Counted from the first letter of the stretch, positions 19,595 to 29,408 are shown. The stretch: 30,312 nucleotides of DNA from Prevotella sp. (GCA_031285625.1 JAITVV010000032.1:1-30312), one strand, 5' to 3'. A program made the numbers and translations. Notes: generated by a model not told the origin, from the letters alone.

Positions 19595-19648
19595 TTACTC
19601 ACCCAATGGCAGTAACGTAAAATGATGATGATGTAATTTATTGCTCAT
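19595..19648 (-). CDS. hisL: His operon leader peptide MSNKLHHHHFTLLPLGE
   Basis: 17-aa ORF with four tandem CAT codons, lying between the promoter and the terminator upstream of hisG. Confidence 0.9.
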   Translation of the reverse strand: MSNKLHHHHFTLLPLGE

Positions 19649-19668
19649 AATTATATGCTTTACAGAAA

Positions 19669-19699
19669 CAAAAGTAAATATTATTTACAATAAACCAAA
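19669..19699 (-). promoter_or_regulatory. his operon promoter
   Basis: Canonical TTTG (19696-19699)-N19-TACTTTTG (19669-19676). Confidence 0.8.
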
Positions 19700-19721
19700 C
19701 TTAATGTCAATATTTTTTCAA

Positions 19722-20192
19722 TTAATCCATTTTTTCACCTTTGTGATATTTCTCCCTGTGACGCATCAACGCATCTTCTTTAAATTTAATATCGGCTGTT
19801 CTATATTTCTCTATTTTCTCTGCCGACAATATTTCTGCAAACTTTTTGTAATACTCCAGTTGCAACTGGGAGGATCTTTCTTCCGACTCCAGATTTAATT
19901 GCGTTATACGTTTATAGTCTGCATCTGTTTTCTTTTCTTTTCTTTTCAGTTGCCGTGTTTCTCTGCGAGCATCACGGTTCACTTCATACTTCTTCATCGA
20001 AAACTCGATCTCTAATGGAAGAAATAATTTGGCCTCAGCGTCTGTGAGATTTAATTCTGTTTTTAAGTACTCAGACTTTTTCTTCATGAAAGCCTCTATA
20101 TCAGACCTGTCATATTTTCTTTTATTCTGGGCCGTCACTGAAAAGGTAAAGCTAAATAGCAATAACAATACCAGAATACTTTTCAATTTCAT
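19722..20192 (-). CDS. Exported alpha-helical protein (Spy/CpxP-like), associated with the ECF cluster
   Basis: Signal peptide ends VTA/Q; ELNLTDAEAKLFLP and ILSAEKI repeats resemble LTxxQ motifs; highly charged. Confidence 0.65.
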   Translation of the reverse strand: MKLKSILVLLLLFSFTFSVTAQNKRKYDRSDIEAFMKKKSEYLKTELNLTDAEAKLFLPLEIEFSMKKYEVNRDARRETRQLKRKEKKTDADYKRITQLNLESEERSSQLQLEYYKKFAEILSAEKIEKYRTADIKFKEDALMRHREKYHKGEKMD

Positions 20193-20205
20193 ATAGATAT
20201 CTTTA

Positions 20206-20565
20206 TTAATAATTATATAACATTTCTTTATATTGAGATTTTCTCACCTCATCCTGCAAGAACAGATAATAATCTTCTACATCATCCTCATCAAGGTATG
20301 TATCGACAGTTTCTACTTCATCCTTTTTTTGTTCTGCAATAAATTTACCAGGATTTACATCACCATTAAATACCCCGACAAAGAAAAGGACTCCCAAAAG
20401 GGCAGCGGCTACCGCAGTCCAAGGCAATACCTTCCTCCACAATGGAACAATCTTTGTTTTCGACTCTTTTTCAGGAAGTTGCTCCATTATCTTCGCATTA
20501 AAATTCTCGAAATAATTCTCCGGAACTTTAAACGGACTCTTGTTTTTGTCAATATTATTTAACAT
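20206..20565 (-). CDS. Putative anti-sigma factor, single TM
   Basis: PFKVPENYFE motif, one TM (WTAVAAALLGVLFFVGVF), acidic tail; directly downstream of the ECF sigma. Confidence 0.6.
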   Translation of the reverse strand: MLNNIDKNKSPFKVPENYFENFNAKIMEQLPEKESKTKIVPLWRKVLPWTAVAAALLGVLFFVGVFNGDVNPGKFIAEQKKDEVETVDTYLDEDDVEDYYLFLQDEVRKSQYKEMLYNY

Positions 20566-20598
20566 AATCGTTTAATCTTAGAAACTCTATCTGTAATA

Positions 20599-20625
20599 TA
20601 GACTAGAAATTAGATAAAAGGTTTA
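20599..20625 (-). promoter_or_regulatory. Candidate ECF-type promoter overlapping the sigma stop codon
   Basis: Minus strand TTAAACC...GTCTA gives AAC-N17-GTC. Confidence 0.45.
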
Positions 20626-21174
20626 ATTCTCTATTGATAAAAATTCTTCAATTTTTTTTACGGCATGATGATATGATGCTTTCAGCGCTCCCACAGAGGT
20701 ATCCAGAATATCCGACATATCTTCATATTTCATCTCATCAAAATATTTCATATTAAAAACAATACGCTGTTTTTCAGGTAGGGTTAGTATTGCTTTTTGT
20801 AATTTCAATTGTGCTTCGTCTCCATCAAAATATTCATCGCTTTCGAGACGCCCTAGAAGAAATGAATCGGCATCGTCTACGGATATATTATTTTGTGTAC
20901 GTTGTTTATTAAGAAATGTAATACCTTCATTAACGGCTATACGGTATAGCCATGTAGACAATTTAGAATCTCCCCTGAAATTCTCAATACTAGTCCACAC
21001 TTTAATAAAAGTATTTTGAAGAACATCGTTTGCATCATCATGGCTCAACACTATTTTACGTATCTGCCAATACAATGGTTCACTATATTCTTTTACCAGT
21101 TCCGAAAAGGCTGCCTGTTGTGTTTTAGGATCATGAAGCCTTTCCACTAATTTATTCTCCGTCTCCTGTGACAT
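20623..21174 (-). CDS. ECF RNA polymerase sigma-70 factor
   Basis: Region 2 DANDVLQNTFIKVW...STWLYRIAVN; region 4 LPEKQRIVF...YEDMSDILDTSVGALKASYHHA. Confidence 0.95.
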   Translation of the reverse strand: MSQETENKLVERLHDPKTQQAAFSELVKEYSEPLYWQIRKIVLSHDDANDVLQNTFIKVWTSIENFRGDSKLSTWLYRIAVNEGITFLNKQRTQNNISVDDADSFLLGRLESDEYFDGDEAQLKLQKAILTLPEKQRIVFNMKYFDEMKYEDMSDILDTSVGALKASYHHAVKKIEEFLSIEN

Positions 21175-21197
21175 TTATTCTATTTATACTTTTTCTA

Positions 21198-22241
21198 TCA
21201 GTTTGTGCCTTCTTCCATATCCGAATCATCTCCAAAGTCTGCTTCTTCATCCACACCTTGTCCATGTTCAAACCATTCGATAAAATTATCTACTTGTGTC
21301 TTATTGTTATTCCACCATGCTAGTGATTCAGGAAAATAGGCGACACTCACATACCGGCAGTATGTATCAAAATGCCCCGACCCCAATATTTCTTCATAAG
21401 TAGGTACAAAGAAAAACCAGAGTAGTCCACTTTGTGTATCATTCTGCATTTGCGAGATTGTAAAGAAAACCAATTTTGAGGCTTCAACAAAATAAGAATA
21501 CACTGAAGCACTATCTGTTCCTTTTGGCTTCTTTAGCTGTATGTTTTTATAAAGCCATTCCCTGTCTATTCCATCTTCGGGGGTTAGTCTGGTTGATCCA
21601 GGCTCTAATTTCATATTCAAGATATCAACCATTTCGCCAAATGCATCTTTCGACCGCTCTGTATTTGGTTCCAGAAGGAGGAAGAAATGAAATGCATAGA
21701 AACTTTGCACCCACTGATCAAGGTCGTTAAGTGCATAGGCATATAATAAAAAAGCACTTGCATGAGTAGCATCTATTTCAATAGCCTTACGCAAATGGTA
21801 AGCAGCCATTTTATTATCTTTATTATTAAAATATGATAGTCCCAGATTAAAATGAAGCAGGTATTCATCCCCACATCTAACGACAGCTTCATTCAGTGTT
21901 TTAATAGCCTCATTCATCTTGTTCATATTTGCCAGAGCAGTACCCTTAACAATATATGCATCTACTAATAATGGCTGAAAATTAGCATTTATAACTTTCG
22001 AACTCAGAGCTAAAGCCTTATCATTATTCTTCAACTTAAGATATGACAAAGACATTTCATATACGGCTGACATTGAGGTAGGATTCACTTTGAGTGCTTC
22101 CTCATAACATGTAATGGCATCTTTATAACGTCCTTTATCATGCAAACTCACTCCTTCCCTTATCAGCTTTTCGGATGAAGTTTGAGCTTGAATTATTATT
22201 GATGTAAATAATAGAACCAGTATAGTTATGATTTTTCTCAT
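21198..22241 (-). CDS. Exported tetratricopeptide-repeat protein
   Basis: Signal peptide ends IQA/Q; multiple TPR motifs (GRYKDAITCYEEALKVNP, HFNLGLSY). Confidence 0.85.
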   Translation of the reverse strand: MRKIITILVLLFTSIIIQAQTSSEKLIREGVSLHDKGRYKDAITCYEEALKVNPTSMSAVYEMSLSYLKLKNNDKALALSSKVINANFQPLLVDAYIVKGTALANMNKMNEAIKTLNEAVVRCGDEYLLHFNLGLSYFNNKDNKMAAYHLRKAIEIDATHASAFLLYAYALNDLDQWVQSFYAFHFFLLLEPNTERSKDAFGEMVDILNMKLEPGSTRLTPEDGIDREWLYKNIQLKKPKGTDSASVYSYFVEASKLVFFTISQMQNDTQSGLLWFFFVPTYEEILGSGHFDTYCRYVSVAYFPESLAWWNNNKTQVDNFIEWFEHGQGVDEEADFGDDSDMEEGTN

Positions 22242-22265
22242 GCCACAAAAATAGTTTAAGAACTA

Positions 22266-22273
22266 CAAAAGTA
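22266..22273 (-). promoter_or_regulatory. -7 promoter element (TACTTTTG) for the TPR-ECF cluster
   Basis: TAnnTTTG match 24 nt upstream of ATG 22241. Confidence 0.55.
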
Positions 22274-22341
22274 AGAAAATACTCCAAAATCCGTGCGAAT
22301 AATGAAACTCTTAGTTTTTTTTATTAAACTATACTTAATAT

Positions 22342-22372
22342 AAAAAGAGCGTATACCTGAACGTACGCTCTT
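22342..22372 (-). terminator. Intrinsic terminator after the 502-aa surface protein
   Basis: Minus strand AAGAGCGTA...TACGCTCTTTTT. Confidence 0.75.
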
Positions 22373-22396
22373 GTATTTAGAATTTTCACTTATAAG

Positions 22397-23905
22397 TTAA
22401 TTTGCTGCATGTAGATCTTTTACACAGCGCACCGAACATCCGCTTGCTCTTTCCTGTAACTGATTAGCAAGCAAAGTATAAGGTTGGAAAAACAAATTAT
22501 ATGCTTTAAACTCATTTGTGTTTGTTCCGCTTGTAGCATTCCAATAGTGACCTTCAATTCCAACAGAAGATTCGGTTGAGGAAATTGCAGATACAGCGAA
22601 ATTTCCCGATAATGGACTTCTATAACCCGCTGCAGGGGAGTATCCCATAATCCCATCTACTCCTGTACCATCACTGAAATTACCGGGAGTAGGCAATCCT
22701 GTAAACGGGGAATTTCCGGGCGTATCTACATAGGCGACACGCCAGCCCGGAGGACACGGATCGTAAGGAGTTTTCTTTAATAGATTAGAGTCATACCACA
22801 GGTTATCATCCTGGTCAGTTTTATTGGTACTGGAAGTATACCAGTCACCCAAAGAAGTATTTGAAAAATAAAATGTCAGGGGTGCTTTTATAGACTCCCT
22901 CAAATTATTGTTATAGGTATTCGGTAGTGTGCTGATATCAACTTTCGCAACTGTAGGATGTAATATGTCTATATATGAATAAAGTACTTTTTCTGTTCCA
23001 CTGGTAGTCGTTGCTGCTCCCGGGAAAGGATCTTTGCGACCCCATTGGTACAATAGCCCCATGGCTCCCAAAGCACCAAATGTAGCGCTACTAGATCCCA
23101 AAGTACGGTCCATAAACCGCAAACCGTTAAAGTCTTTATATTCAGTTGCGGGATCGTAATCTGTTACCCAAATATGCCAGCTCCAATAAGTTGTGCTACC
23201 GATCATAAATGCTATTACCGCATTTCCCGATCTCAGTCCTGTTACTGCAAACGTCGACTGGTCACCGATATCCGAAATCACAGGTGTATACCTGACTACA
23301 CCGGGAGCATCCTGCCAGACCAGATTCATTGTCCGGTCTCCAACTGCATCCTGCAATTCGTTATCCTGCAACTTCTGAGCCCATACCGCATAGGCTTTCA
23401 TAACAGGGATTTTGATTGTCTGGCCAGGTTTTACAATATAGCAATTAGATAAGTCCAAAGCTAAAGGATCCATGGGGTCTGTAGGAATAGGTTCAACAAT
23501 AATAGTATCCGACCCGCCTCCATTTCCACTCCCGCTCCGAGCCAAGAGCATATCCCACCGCTCCCCGTCCCAGTAGTAGAATCCGGGAGATATACTATCA
23601 GCTTTAATGGTTGCAACATTATATACAAGTAACCCTACACTTTCTTTTTTTGTAGCAGCAGTATAATTAGGATCAGTAGTTTCCATAAATGGCTGCAAAG
23701 TATTTAACTTAACAAGTTCGACTCGCGGAGGTAGAAATCCCCCTGTCTTACTTGTAATATTATTCGCATCAGCAGTTTGATCTTTTATTTGTAATAACGC
23801 CGTTTTTGCCGGGGCTTCCCCCATACCAATTGTAACCTGAGCAAAAAGTGAAGTGCTAAATGGAATGAATATGGCTATTACGATTAGCCTTACTGACGCT
23901 TTCAT
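22397..23905 (-). CDS. Secreted protein: QVTIG N-terminal module + Bacteroidota fimbrial-associated/FISUMP-like C-terminal domain
   Basis: Signal peptide ends LFA/Q; QVTIG module; Gly/Pro linker; then SNCYIV, WSWHIWVTDY, MDRTLG, GLLYQWGRKDPF, DPCPPGWRV, PAAGYR, SVRCVKD. Confidence 0.75.
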   Translation of the reverse strand: MKASVRLIVIAIFIPFSTSLFAQVTIGMGEAPAKTALLQIKDQTADANNITSKTGGFLPPRVELVKLNTLQPFMETTDPNYTAATKKESVGLLVYNVATIKADSISPGFYYWDGERWDMLLARSGSGNGGGSDTIIVEPIPTDPMDPLALDLSNCYIVKPGQTIKIPVMKAYAVWAQKLQDNELQDAVGDRTMNLVWQDAPGVVRYTPVISDIGDQSTFAVTGLRSGNAVIAFMIGSTTYWSWHIWVTDYDPATEYKDFNGLRFMDRTLGSSSATFGALGAMGLLYQWGRKDPFPGAATTTSGTEKVLYSYIDILHPTVAKVDISTLPNTYNNNLRESIKAPLTFYFSNTSLGDWYTSSTNKTDQDDNLWYDSNLLKKTPYDPCPPGWRVAYVDTPGNSPFTGLPTPGNFSDGTGVDGIMGYSPAAGYRSPLSGNFAVSAISSTESSVGIEGHYWNATSGTNTNEFKAYNLFFQPYTLLANQLQERASGCSVRCVKDLHAAN

Positions 23906-24122
23906 ATTCTTTTGCGTTTGTTGTGAATTATTAACCTGTATTTGTCAATTACTTATACAACATATTATACCTTTCTTTTGTTTATATAATTTTATATATT
24001 TTTTTATAAAAAAATCACTCTCCGGTAAAAAATCTGCTCTATACATGAAATCATATAAATTTTGCTGAATGGCAGATAGAAAAATGATATTAAAAATTTA
24101 TCTTTTAACTATTATTTTTTAT

Positions 24123-24130
24123 TATATTTG
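24123..24130 (+). promoter_or_regulatory. Candidate -7 element (TATATTTG) for aconitase
   Basis: TAnnTTTG match about 100 nt upstream of ATG 24227, in a very AT-rich region where chance matches are likely. Confidence 0.4.
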
Positions 24131-24226
24131 TTTCTATATCATCAGAAATACTTTTTTTCGCATATCTCCAAATGATATTACTATTTCCCTGCAACTAAGA
24201 AAACAAATAAAAATAACGGAACGATT

Positions 24227-26494
24227 ATGATAAAAAACGGAACTTTTGACATTAATATAATTCGTAAATTCTATGAGTCATTTCCTACAAAAGTAGAAGA
24301 GGCTAAGCAGATACTCAAGCGTCCTTTAACACTTAGTGAGAAAATTCTTTATGCACATCTATCCACAGAAGAGCCTCTTAAAGATTATATCCGGGCTACG
24401 GATTATGTCAATTTCTCACCGGACAGAGTGGCTATGCAGGATGCCACCGCACAAATGGCATTATTACAATTAATGAACTCCGGACGCACAAAGGTAGCCG
24501 TGCCATCGACAGTACATTGCGACCACCTTATACAGGCTTATAAATCAGCAAAAGAAGACCTTAACACAGCCGAAATAACAAACAAAGAAGTATATGATTT
24601 TCTCAGTGCAGTATCCAATAAATTCGGAATCGGATTCTGGAAACCGGGTGCAGGTATTATCCACCAGGTAGTACTTGAAAATTATGCTTTCCCCGGAGGG
24701 ATGATGATAGGAACAGATTCGCATACTCCAAATGCAGGTGGTCTGGGTATGATAGCTATCGGCGTAGGAGGAGCTGATGCCGTAGACGTTATGGCCGGGA
24801 TGCCATGGGAACTAAAGATGCCTAAAATAATAGGTGTAAAACTCACGGGAAAGCTGTCGGGATGGGCTTCACCCAAAGATGTCATCCTTAAATTGGCCGG
24901 TATACTTACGGTAAAAGGAGGAACAAATGCCATTATTGAATATTTTGGAGAGGGAACAAATTCTCTCTCGGCAACAGGAAAAGCTACCATTTGCAATATG
25001 GGGGCCGAAGTAGGTGCAACCACATCTATATTTCCATATGATAAAAAGTCATCTGATTACCTGAAGGCTACAGAACGCGCTGATGTTGCCGAATTGGCTG
25101 ACAAGATAATTGAATGTCTGCAACCGGATAAAGAAACCGTAAATAATCCGAAAGAATATTTTGACCAGGTAATAGAAATCAATTTATCTGCTTTAGAACC
25201 ATATGTAAACGGACCATTTACACCCGATGCTGCTCATCCAATTTCTGAATTTGCAAAAATAGTTAAAGAAAAAGGATATCCTCAACAGATGGAAGTAGGC
25301 CTCATAGGTTCGTGCACTAACTCTTCTTATGAAGACATGTCACGTGCTGCATCAATAGTAGCTGACGCTAAAAATAAGAATATAAAGGTAAAAGCACAAT
25401 TTATTATCAATCCCGGCTCTGAGCAAGTACGTTATACTGCCGAAAGAGATGGTATACTTCCTATATTTGAAGAAGTAGGAGCAACTATTATGGCAAACGC
25501 CTGCGGCCCGTGTATAGGACAATGGAAACGTGGAAGTGATAATCCTGAACGTCCGAACTCTATAGTAACATCATTCAACCGTAATTTTGCCAAAAGGAAT
25601 GATGGAAATCCAAATACACATGCTTTTGTCACTTCTCCCGAAATAGTAGCAGCATTAAGTATTGCCGGTGATCTTTGTTTCAACCCTATGACCGATATGC
25701 TGATCAACGAAAAAGGAGAAAAAATAAAATTGAAAGAACCTGAAGGATATGAATTACCTCCTAAAGGATACGACATGGAAGATTCAGGTTATATTGCTCC
25801 TATTACCGATGGATCAGGTATTGAGATAAAAATAGCTCCGGACTCCCAACGTCTTCAAGAATTAAAACCATTCCCCAAATGGGATGGAAAAGACATTATT
25901 GCACAGCCTTTGCTCATCAAAGTAAAAGGAAAATGTACTACAGACCATATATCAATGGCGGGACCATGGTTACGTTTCCGTGGGCATCTGGATAACATCT
26001 CTGACAATATGCTCATAGGTGCAGTAAATGCATTTAATGATGAAACCAATAGTGTACTCGATCCCGAAACCGGACAATATACAGGTATCCCTAAACTTGC
26101 CAGGAAATTCAAAGCTGAAGGATTAGGGTCGATAGTTGTTGCTGAAGAGAACTATGGAGAAGGTTCTTCCCGTGAACATGCTGCTATGGAGCCTCGTTTT
26201 CTTAATGTAAAAGCAATACTTGTCAAATCATTTGCACGTATTCACGAAACAAATCTGAAAAAGCAAGGGATGCTGGCACTTACCTTTGTGAATAAAGATG
26301 ACTATGATAAAATCCAGGAAAACGATAAAATAAGTATCTTAGGACTGACTGATTTCAAACCGGGTAAAAACCTAACCATTGAGCTTACCCATAAAGATGG
26401 TTCGAAAGAGTCGTTTGAGGTTGCCCATACTTATAACGAAATACAAATAGAATGGTTTAAGGCTGGTAGTGCTTTAAACTATATGAAAGAATAA
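24227..26494 (+). CDS. acnA: Aconitate hydratase (mitochondrial-like Bacteroidota type)
   Basis: [21 protein letters not shown], Fe-S cysteines in [11 protein letters not shown] and [22 protein letters not shown]. Confidence 0.96.
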   Translation: MIKNGTFDINIIRKFYESFPTKVEEAKQILKRPLTLSEKILYAHLSTEEPLKDYIRATDYVNFSPDRVAMQDATAQMALLQLMNSGRTKVAVPSTVHCDHLIQAYKSAKEDLNTAEITNKEVYDFLSAVSNKFGIGFWKPGAGIIHQVVLENYAFPGGMMIGTDSHTPNAGGLGMIAIGVGGADAVDVMAGMPWELKMPKIIGVKLTGKLSGWASPKDVILKLAGILTVKGGTNAIIEYFGEGTNSLSATGKATICNMGAEVGATTSIFPYDKKSSDYLKATERADVAELADKIIECLQPDKETVNNPKEYFDQVIEINLSALEPYVNGPFTPDAAHPISEFAKIVKEKGYPQQMEVGLIGSCTNSSYEDMSRAASIVADAKNKNIKVKAQFIINPGSEQVRYTAERDGILPIFEEVGATIMANACGPCIGQWKRGSDNPERPNSIVTSFNRNFAKRNDGNPNTHAFVTSPEIVAALSIAGDLCFNPMTDMLINEKGEKIKLKEPEGYELPPKGYDMEDSGYIAPITDGSGIEIKIAPDSQRLQELKPFPKWDGKDIIAQPLLIKVKGKCTTDHISMAGPWLRFRGHLDNISDNMLIGAVNAFNDETNSVLDPETGQYTGIPKLARKFKAEGLGSIVVAEENYGEGSSREHAAMEPRFLNVKAILVKSFARIHETNLKKQGMLALTFVNKDDYDKIQENDKISILGLTDFKPGKNLTIELTHKDGSKESFEVAHTYNEIQIEWFKAGSALNYMKE

Positions 26495-26534
26495 TATCTT
26501 TATCTATTTATGTTAAGTTCTGCATAAGTACAAT

Positions 26535-26584
26535 AAGGTGACAAAATAAATATATCAAAAACCTGTTACTTTTGTCACCTTTTT
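26535..26584 (+). terminator. Terminator-like inverted repeat after aconitase
   Basis: AAGGTGACAAAA-N23-TTTTGTCACCTT plus a T tract; the 3' arm overlaps a TACTTTTG promoter-like motif (26567-26574). Confidence 0.55.
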
Positions 26585-26599
26585 ATTAGAATAAGAAAA

Positions 26600-27199
26600 A
26601 TGCAAATAACATTCAATATTATACTTTTTCCTGACTTTGAAACTTTAGATGTATTTGGACCTGTAGAAGTTTTTGGTAAAGTTGAAAATTGGAGTATGCA
26701 ATACTATTCTATGCAGGGAGGATTAATCTCTAATCAAGATAATTTACGCATAAAGACTGTAACTATCGATAAATTCAATCCTGAAGGAATAAATGTCTTA
26801 TTCATACCCGGCGGCTTAGGCACAAGAAAGGAAATTGATAATAATGAATTCATTAAGAGAATAAAGTTTTTAGCGGAATATTGCCAATATGTTTTTACTG
26901 TATGTACAGGTAGTGCCCTTCTTGCTAAAACAGGATTACTGAATGGGAAAGAAGCAACCTCCAACAAACGTGCTTTTGACTGGGTAATGGATAGTTCTGA
27001 CAAGGTAATTTGGAAAAGGCAAGCCAGATGGGTCATAGATGATAAATATTACACCTCATCAGGCATCAGTGCCGGAATAGATATGGCTTTGGAATTTGTA
27101 TCAAACCTCAAAGGAATAGATGAAGCCAGAGAGATTGCTCATAGAATTGAATATAACTGGCAGGGAGATAAAGATGCTGATAATTTTTACAATCAATAA
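26600..27199 (+). CDS. DJ-1/PfpI family protein (isonitrile hydratase-like subgroup)
   Basis: FETLDVFGPVEVF, IPGGLGTR, VCTGS, SGISAGIDMAL. Confidence 0.88.
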   Translation: MQITFNIILFPDFETLDVFGPVEVFGKVENWSMQYYSMQGGLISNQDNLRIKTVTIDKFNPEGINVLFIPGGLGTRKEIDNNEFIKRIKFLAEYCQYVFTVCTGSALLAKTGLLNGKEATSNKRAFDWVMDSSDKVIWKRQARWVIDDKYYTSSGISAGIDMALEFVSNLKGIDEAREIAHRIEYNWQGDKDADNFYNQ

Positions 27200-27511
27200 T
27201 GGCTTTAGACATACAAAAGAAGGAGTTCATTGGATTTATGGTATAGATAGCGGGGATATGGTCCTCTTTATGAGCTTTTCACCTTGTTTTACCAGCAAAG
27301 CGGAATTATGTTTCATGAGTATTGCGATCCTTCACCTCTCACTGTCGGACATCAGAAGTTGATGCTGAAATTGATTGATAAAGATATTGAGCAAACCGAT
27401 TTAAATAAAGATAAGGCTAAAACTGTGACCATAATAAAATTCAAAGCCCTCTTGGAATACGGGATAAAACATAATATCAAGCTCTGTTTTGTGGGAGATA
27501 GTTGTAGTTAG
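27199..27511 (+). pseudogene. Frameshifted small hypothetical gene (~105 aa if repaired)
   Basis: ATG 27199 overlaps the PfpI TAA. MALDI continues as TKEGVHWIYGIDSG in a second frame and GYGPLYELFTLF...TDLNKDK...VGD in a third. Confidence 0.55.
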
Positions 27512-27614
27512 TTAGATACATTTTGTATTTTAAAACATACATCTAATAAAAACCCAGTTAAGTTAATTTTTGTTTAATAAAAGAATATCATTGATAACTA
27601 TAAAAAAACACACT

Positions 27615-28973
27615 ATGTATAAAGCAAAAGACCAGGAAATAATAAACAGAATATCGAAAACAGTAGATTCGTCTTGTAATATAGACAATGAGTTATTTAA
27701 ATCATTTAACGTGAAACGGGGCCTTCGCAATGAGGACCACACGGGTGTTATTGTAGGTTTGACCAAAGTCGGTGATGTAGTCGGCTATGAACGCGACGAA
27801 GACGGGAAATTAACCCCAATACCGGGCAGACTTATTTACAGGGGTATTAGCCTGGAGGATATAGTAAAAGGAGCCCAAAAAGAAAACAGGCTGGGTTTTG
27901 AAGAAGTAGTCTATCTCATCCTTTCCGGTAACCTGCCAAACAAAGAAGAGTTAAGCGAATTCTCAAGCATGATGAGCAGAACGATGGACCTGAATCCCAA
28001 AATCGTAATGCATATATTAGACCTGGTAGGTACGGATATTATGAACTATCTATCAAGATGCGTTCTTGAACTTTATACATTTGACGATACGCCGGATGAC
28101 ACAACACCGGAAAATCTGATCAAGCAATCTATAAACCTGGTAGCTACATTCCCTACAATTGTGGCATATGCACACAATGCATTAAGGCATGATCAAGGAA
28201 AATCATTACATATAAGGCATCCTCAGCCGGATTTATCTCTTGCTGAAAACTTCCTTTATATGATGAAAGGACATCACTATACCCCATTGGATGTAAAAAT
28301 TCTGGACCTCGCTCTTATGGTTCACGCAGACCATGGTGGTGGTAATAATTCAACGTTTACTGTACGGGTAACAAGTTCGACAGGTACGGATACTTATTCT
28401 GCTATTGCAGCAGGTATCGGTTCTCTAAAAGGACGTTTGCATGGAGGGGCCAACCTGAAAGTAATTGACATGCTGAAAATGATAAAAACCACAATAAAAG
28501 ACTGGACTAATGTGGAAGAGATTGACAATCTGCTTCAGAAAATATTAAAGAAAGAAGCCTACGACAAAACCGGGCTTATTTATGGTATTGGTCATGCTAT
28601 TTATACAATATCAGATCCCCGGACAGTACTTCTCAAAGAGATGGCGCGCGAACTGGCAATAGAAAAAGGAAGAGAGGCTGAGTTTGACTTTTATAGCCTT
28701 CTGGAAGAACGTGCGATACATAATTTCATGGAGATCAAAGGGAAAAATGTAAACAAGCAAGTGTGTGCCAATGTCGATTTTTACTCCGGATTTGTATATG
28801 ATATGATAGGGTTGCCACAAGAAATATATACGCCATTATTTGCCATGGCGCGTATTGTAGGGTGGTCTGCACATCGTATAGAGGAACTCAATTTTAAACA
28901 AAAACGCATTATTCGCCCAGCATATAAGAATGCCGCCGAAATACGCGAATATACACCTATTGATAACAGATAA
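27615..28973 (+). CDS. gltA: Citrate synthase family protein
   Basis: Likely start ATG 27615. VKRGLRN, LIYRG, HADHGGGNNSTF, LHGGAN, GIGHAIY, DPR, ANVDFYSG. Confidence 0.92.
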   Translation: MYKAKDQEIINRISKTVDSSCNIDNELFKSFNVKRGLRNEDHTGVIVGLTKVGDVVGYERDEDGKLTPIPGRLIYRGISLEDIVKGAQKENRLGFEEVVYLILSGNLPNKEELSEFSSMMSRTMDLNPKIVMHILDLVGTDIMNYLSRCVLELYTFDDTPDDTTPENLIKQSINLVATFPTIVAYAHNALRHDQGKSLHIRHPQPDLSLAENFLYMMKGHHYTPLDVKILDLALMVHADHGGGNNSTFTVRVTSSTGTDTYSAIAAGIGSLKGRLHGGANLKVIDMLKMIKTTIKDWTNVEEIDNLLQKILKKEAYDKTGLIYGIGHAIYTISDPRTVLLKEMARELAIEKGREAEFDFYSLLEERAIHNFMEIKGKNVNKQVCANVDFYSGFVYDMIGLPQEIYTPLFAMARIVGWSAHRIEELNFKQKRIIRPAYKNAAEIREYTPIDNR

Positions 28974-29362
28974 TGAAACAATTTGTATTGGTTACTGCCG
29001 GTATATATGGAATGCTCTCAGTCATACTGGGAGCATTTGGTGCACATGCCTTCAAGAAAATATTATCTCCTGAAAAATTGATTAGTTTTGATACAGGAGT
29101 ACGCTATCAGATGTATCATGCAATAGTACTCCTTATTATAGGATTAGCTCTATCATTCGCTTCTTCCATCGAGAAATGGTCCGCTATCTGTATTATAATA
29201 GGTGTATTCCTTTTTTCATTTAGTATTTACTTTTTAGCATTTTCTGAATACTGGAATATAAACCTGCGATTCCTTGGCCCTGTAACGCCTATAGGAGGTA
29301 TGTTCATGATTGCAGGATGGCTGATGCTGATTTTATATTTCATTAAAAATAAAATTCTTTAA
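28973..29362 (+). CDS. DUF423/TMEM256 (YgdD-like) membrane protein
   Basis: LGAFGAH, YQMYH, LFSFSIY, GPVTPIGG; start overlaps the gltA stop. Confidence 0.9.
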   Translation: MKQFVLVTAGIYGMLSVILGAFGAHAFKKILSPEKLISFDTGVRYQMYHAIVLLIIGLALSFASSIEKWSAICIIIGVFLFSFSIYFLAFSEYWNINLRFLGPVTPIGGMFMIAGWLMLILYFIKNKIL

Positions 29363-29379
29363 AAAAAATTTATTTTTCT

Positions 29380-29408
29380 TGTAACCAAATTAGAACTTGT
29401 TGCGTCAT
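29380..29408 (+). promoter_or_regulatory. Candidate ECF-sigma promoter for the GIN lipoprotein
   Basis: TGTAACC-N16-CGTCAT, i.e. AAC...CGT ECF consensus, about 35 nt upstream of the ATG. Confidence 0.55.

Noticed and set aside
22397-22600. C-terminal G.YW...SVRCVKD segment resembling a diversity-generating retroelement variable region
   Set aside because: No template repeat or reverse transcriptase is seen in the window; remote targeting cannot be excluded without a genome search.
23906-24226. Long, very AT-rich intergenic region as a possible ncRNA or invertible promoter
   Set aside because: No strong hairpin or flanking inverted repeats seen; consistent with a divergent promoter region.
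24682-27036. Minus-strand ORFs opposite aconitase and PfpI
   Set aside because: Typical antisense open frames produced by codon bias.
27120-27362. 80-aa ORF overlapping the 3' end of PfpI
   Set aside because: Better explained as one frame of the frameshifted pseudogene.
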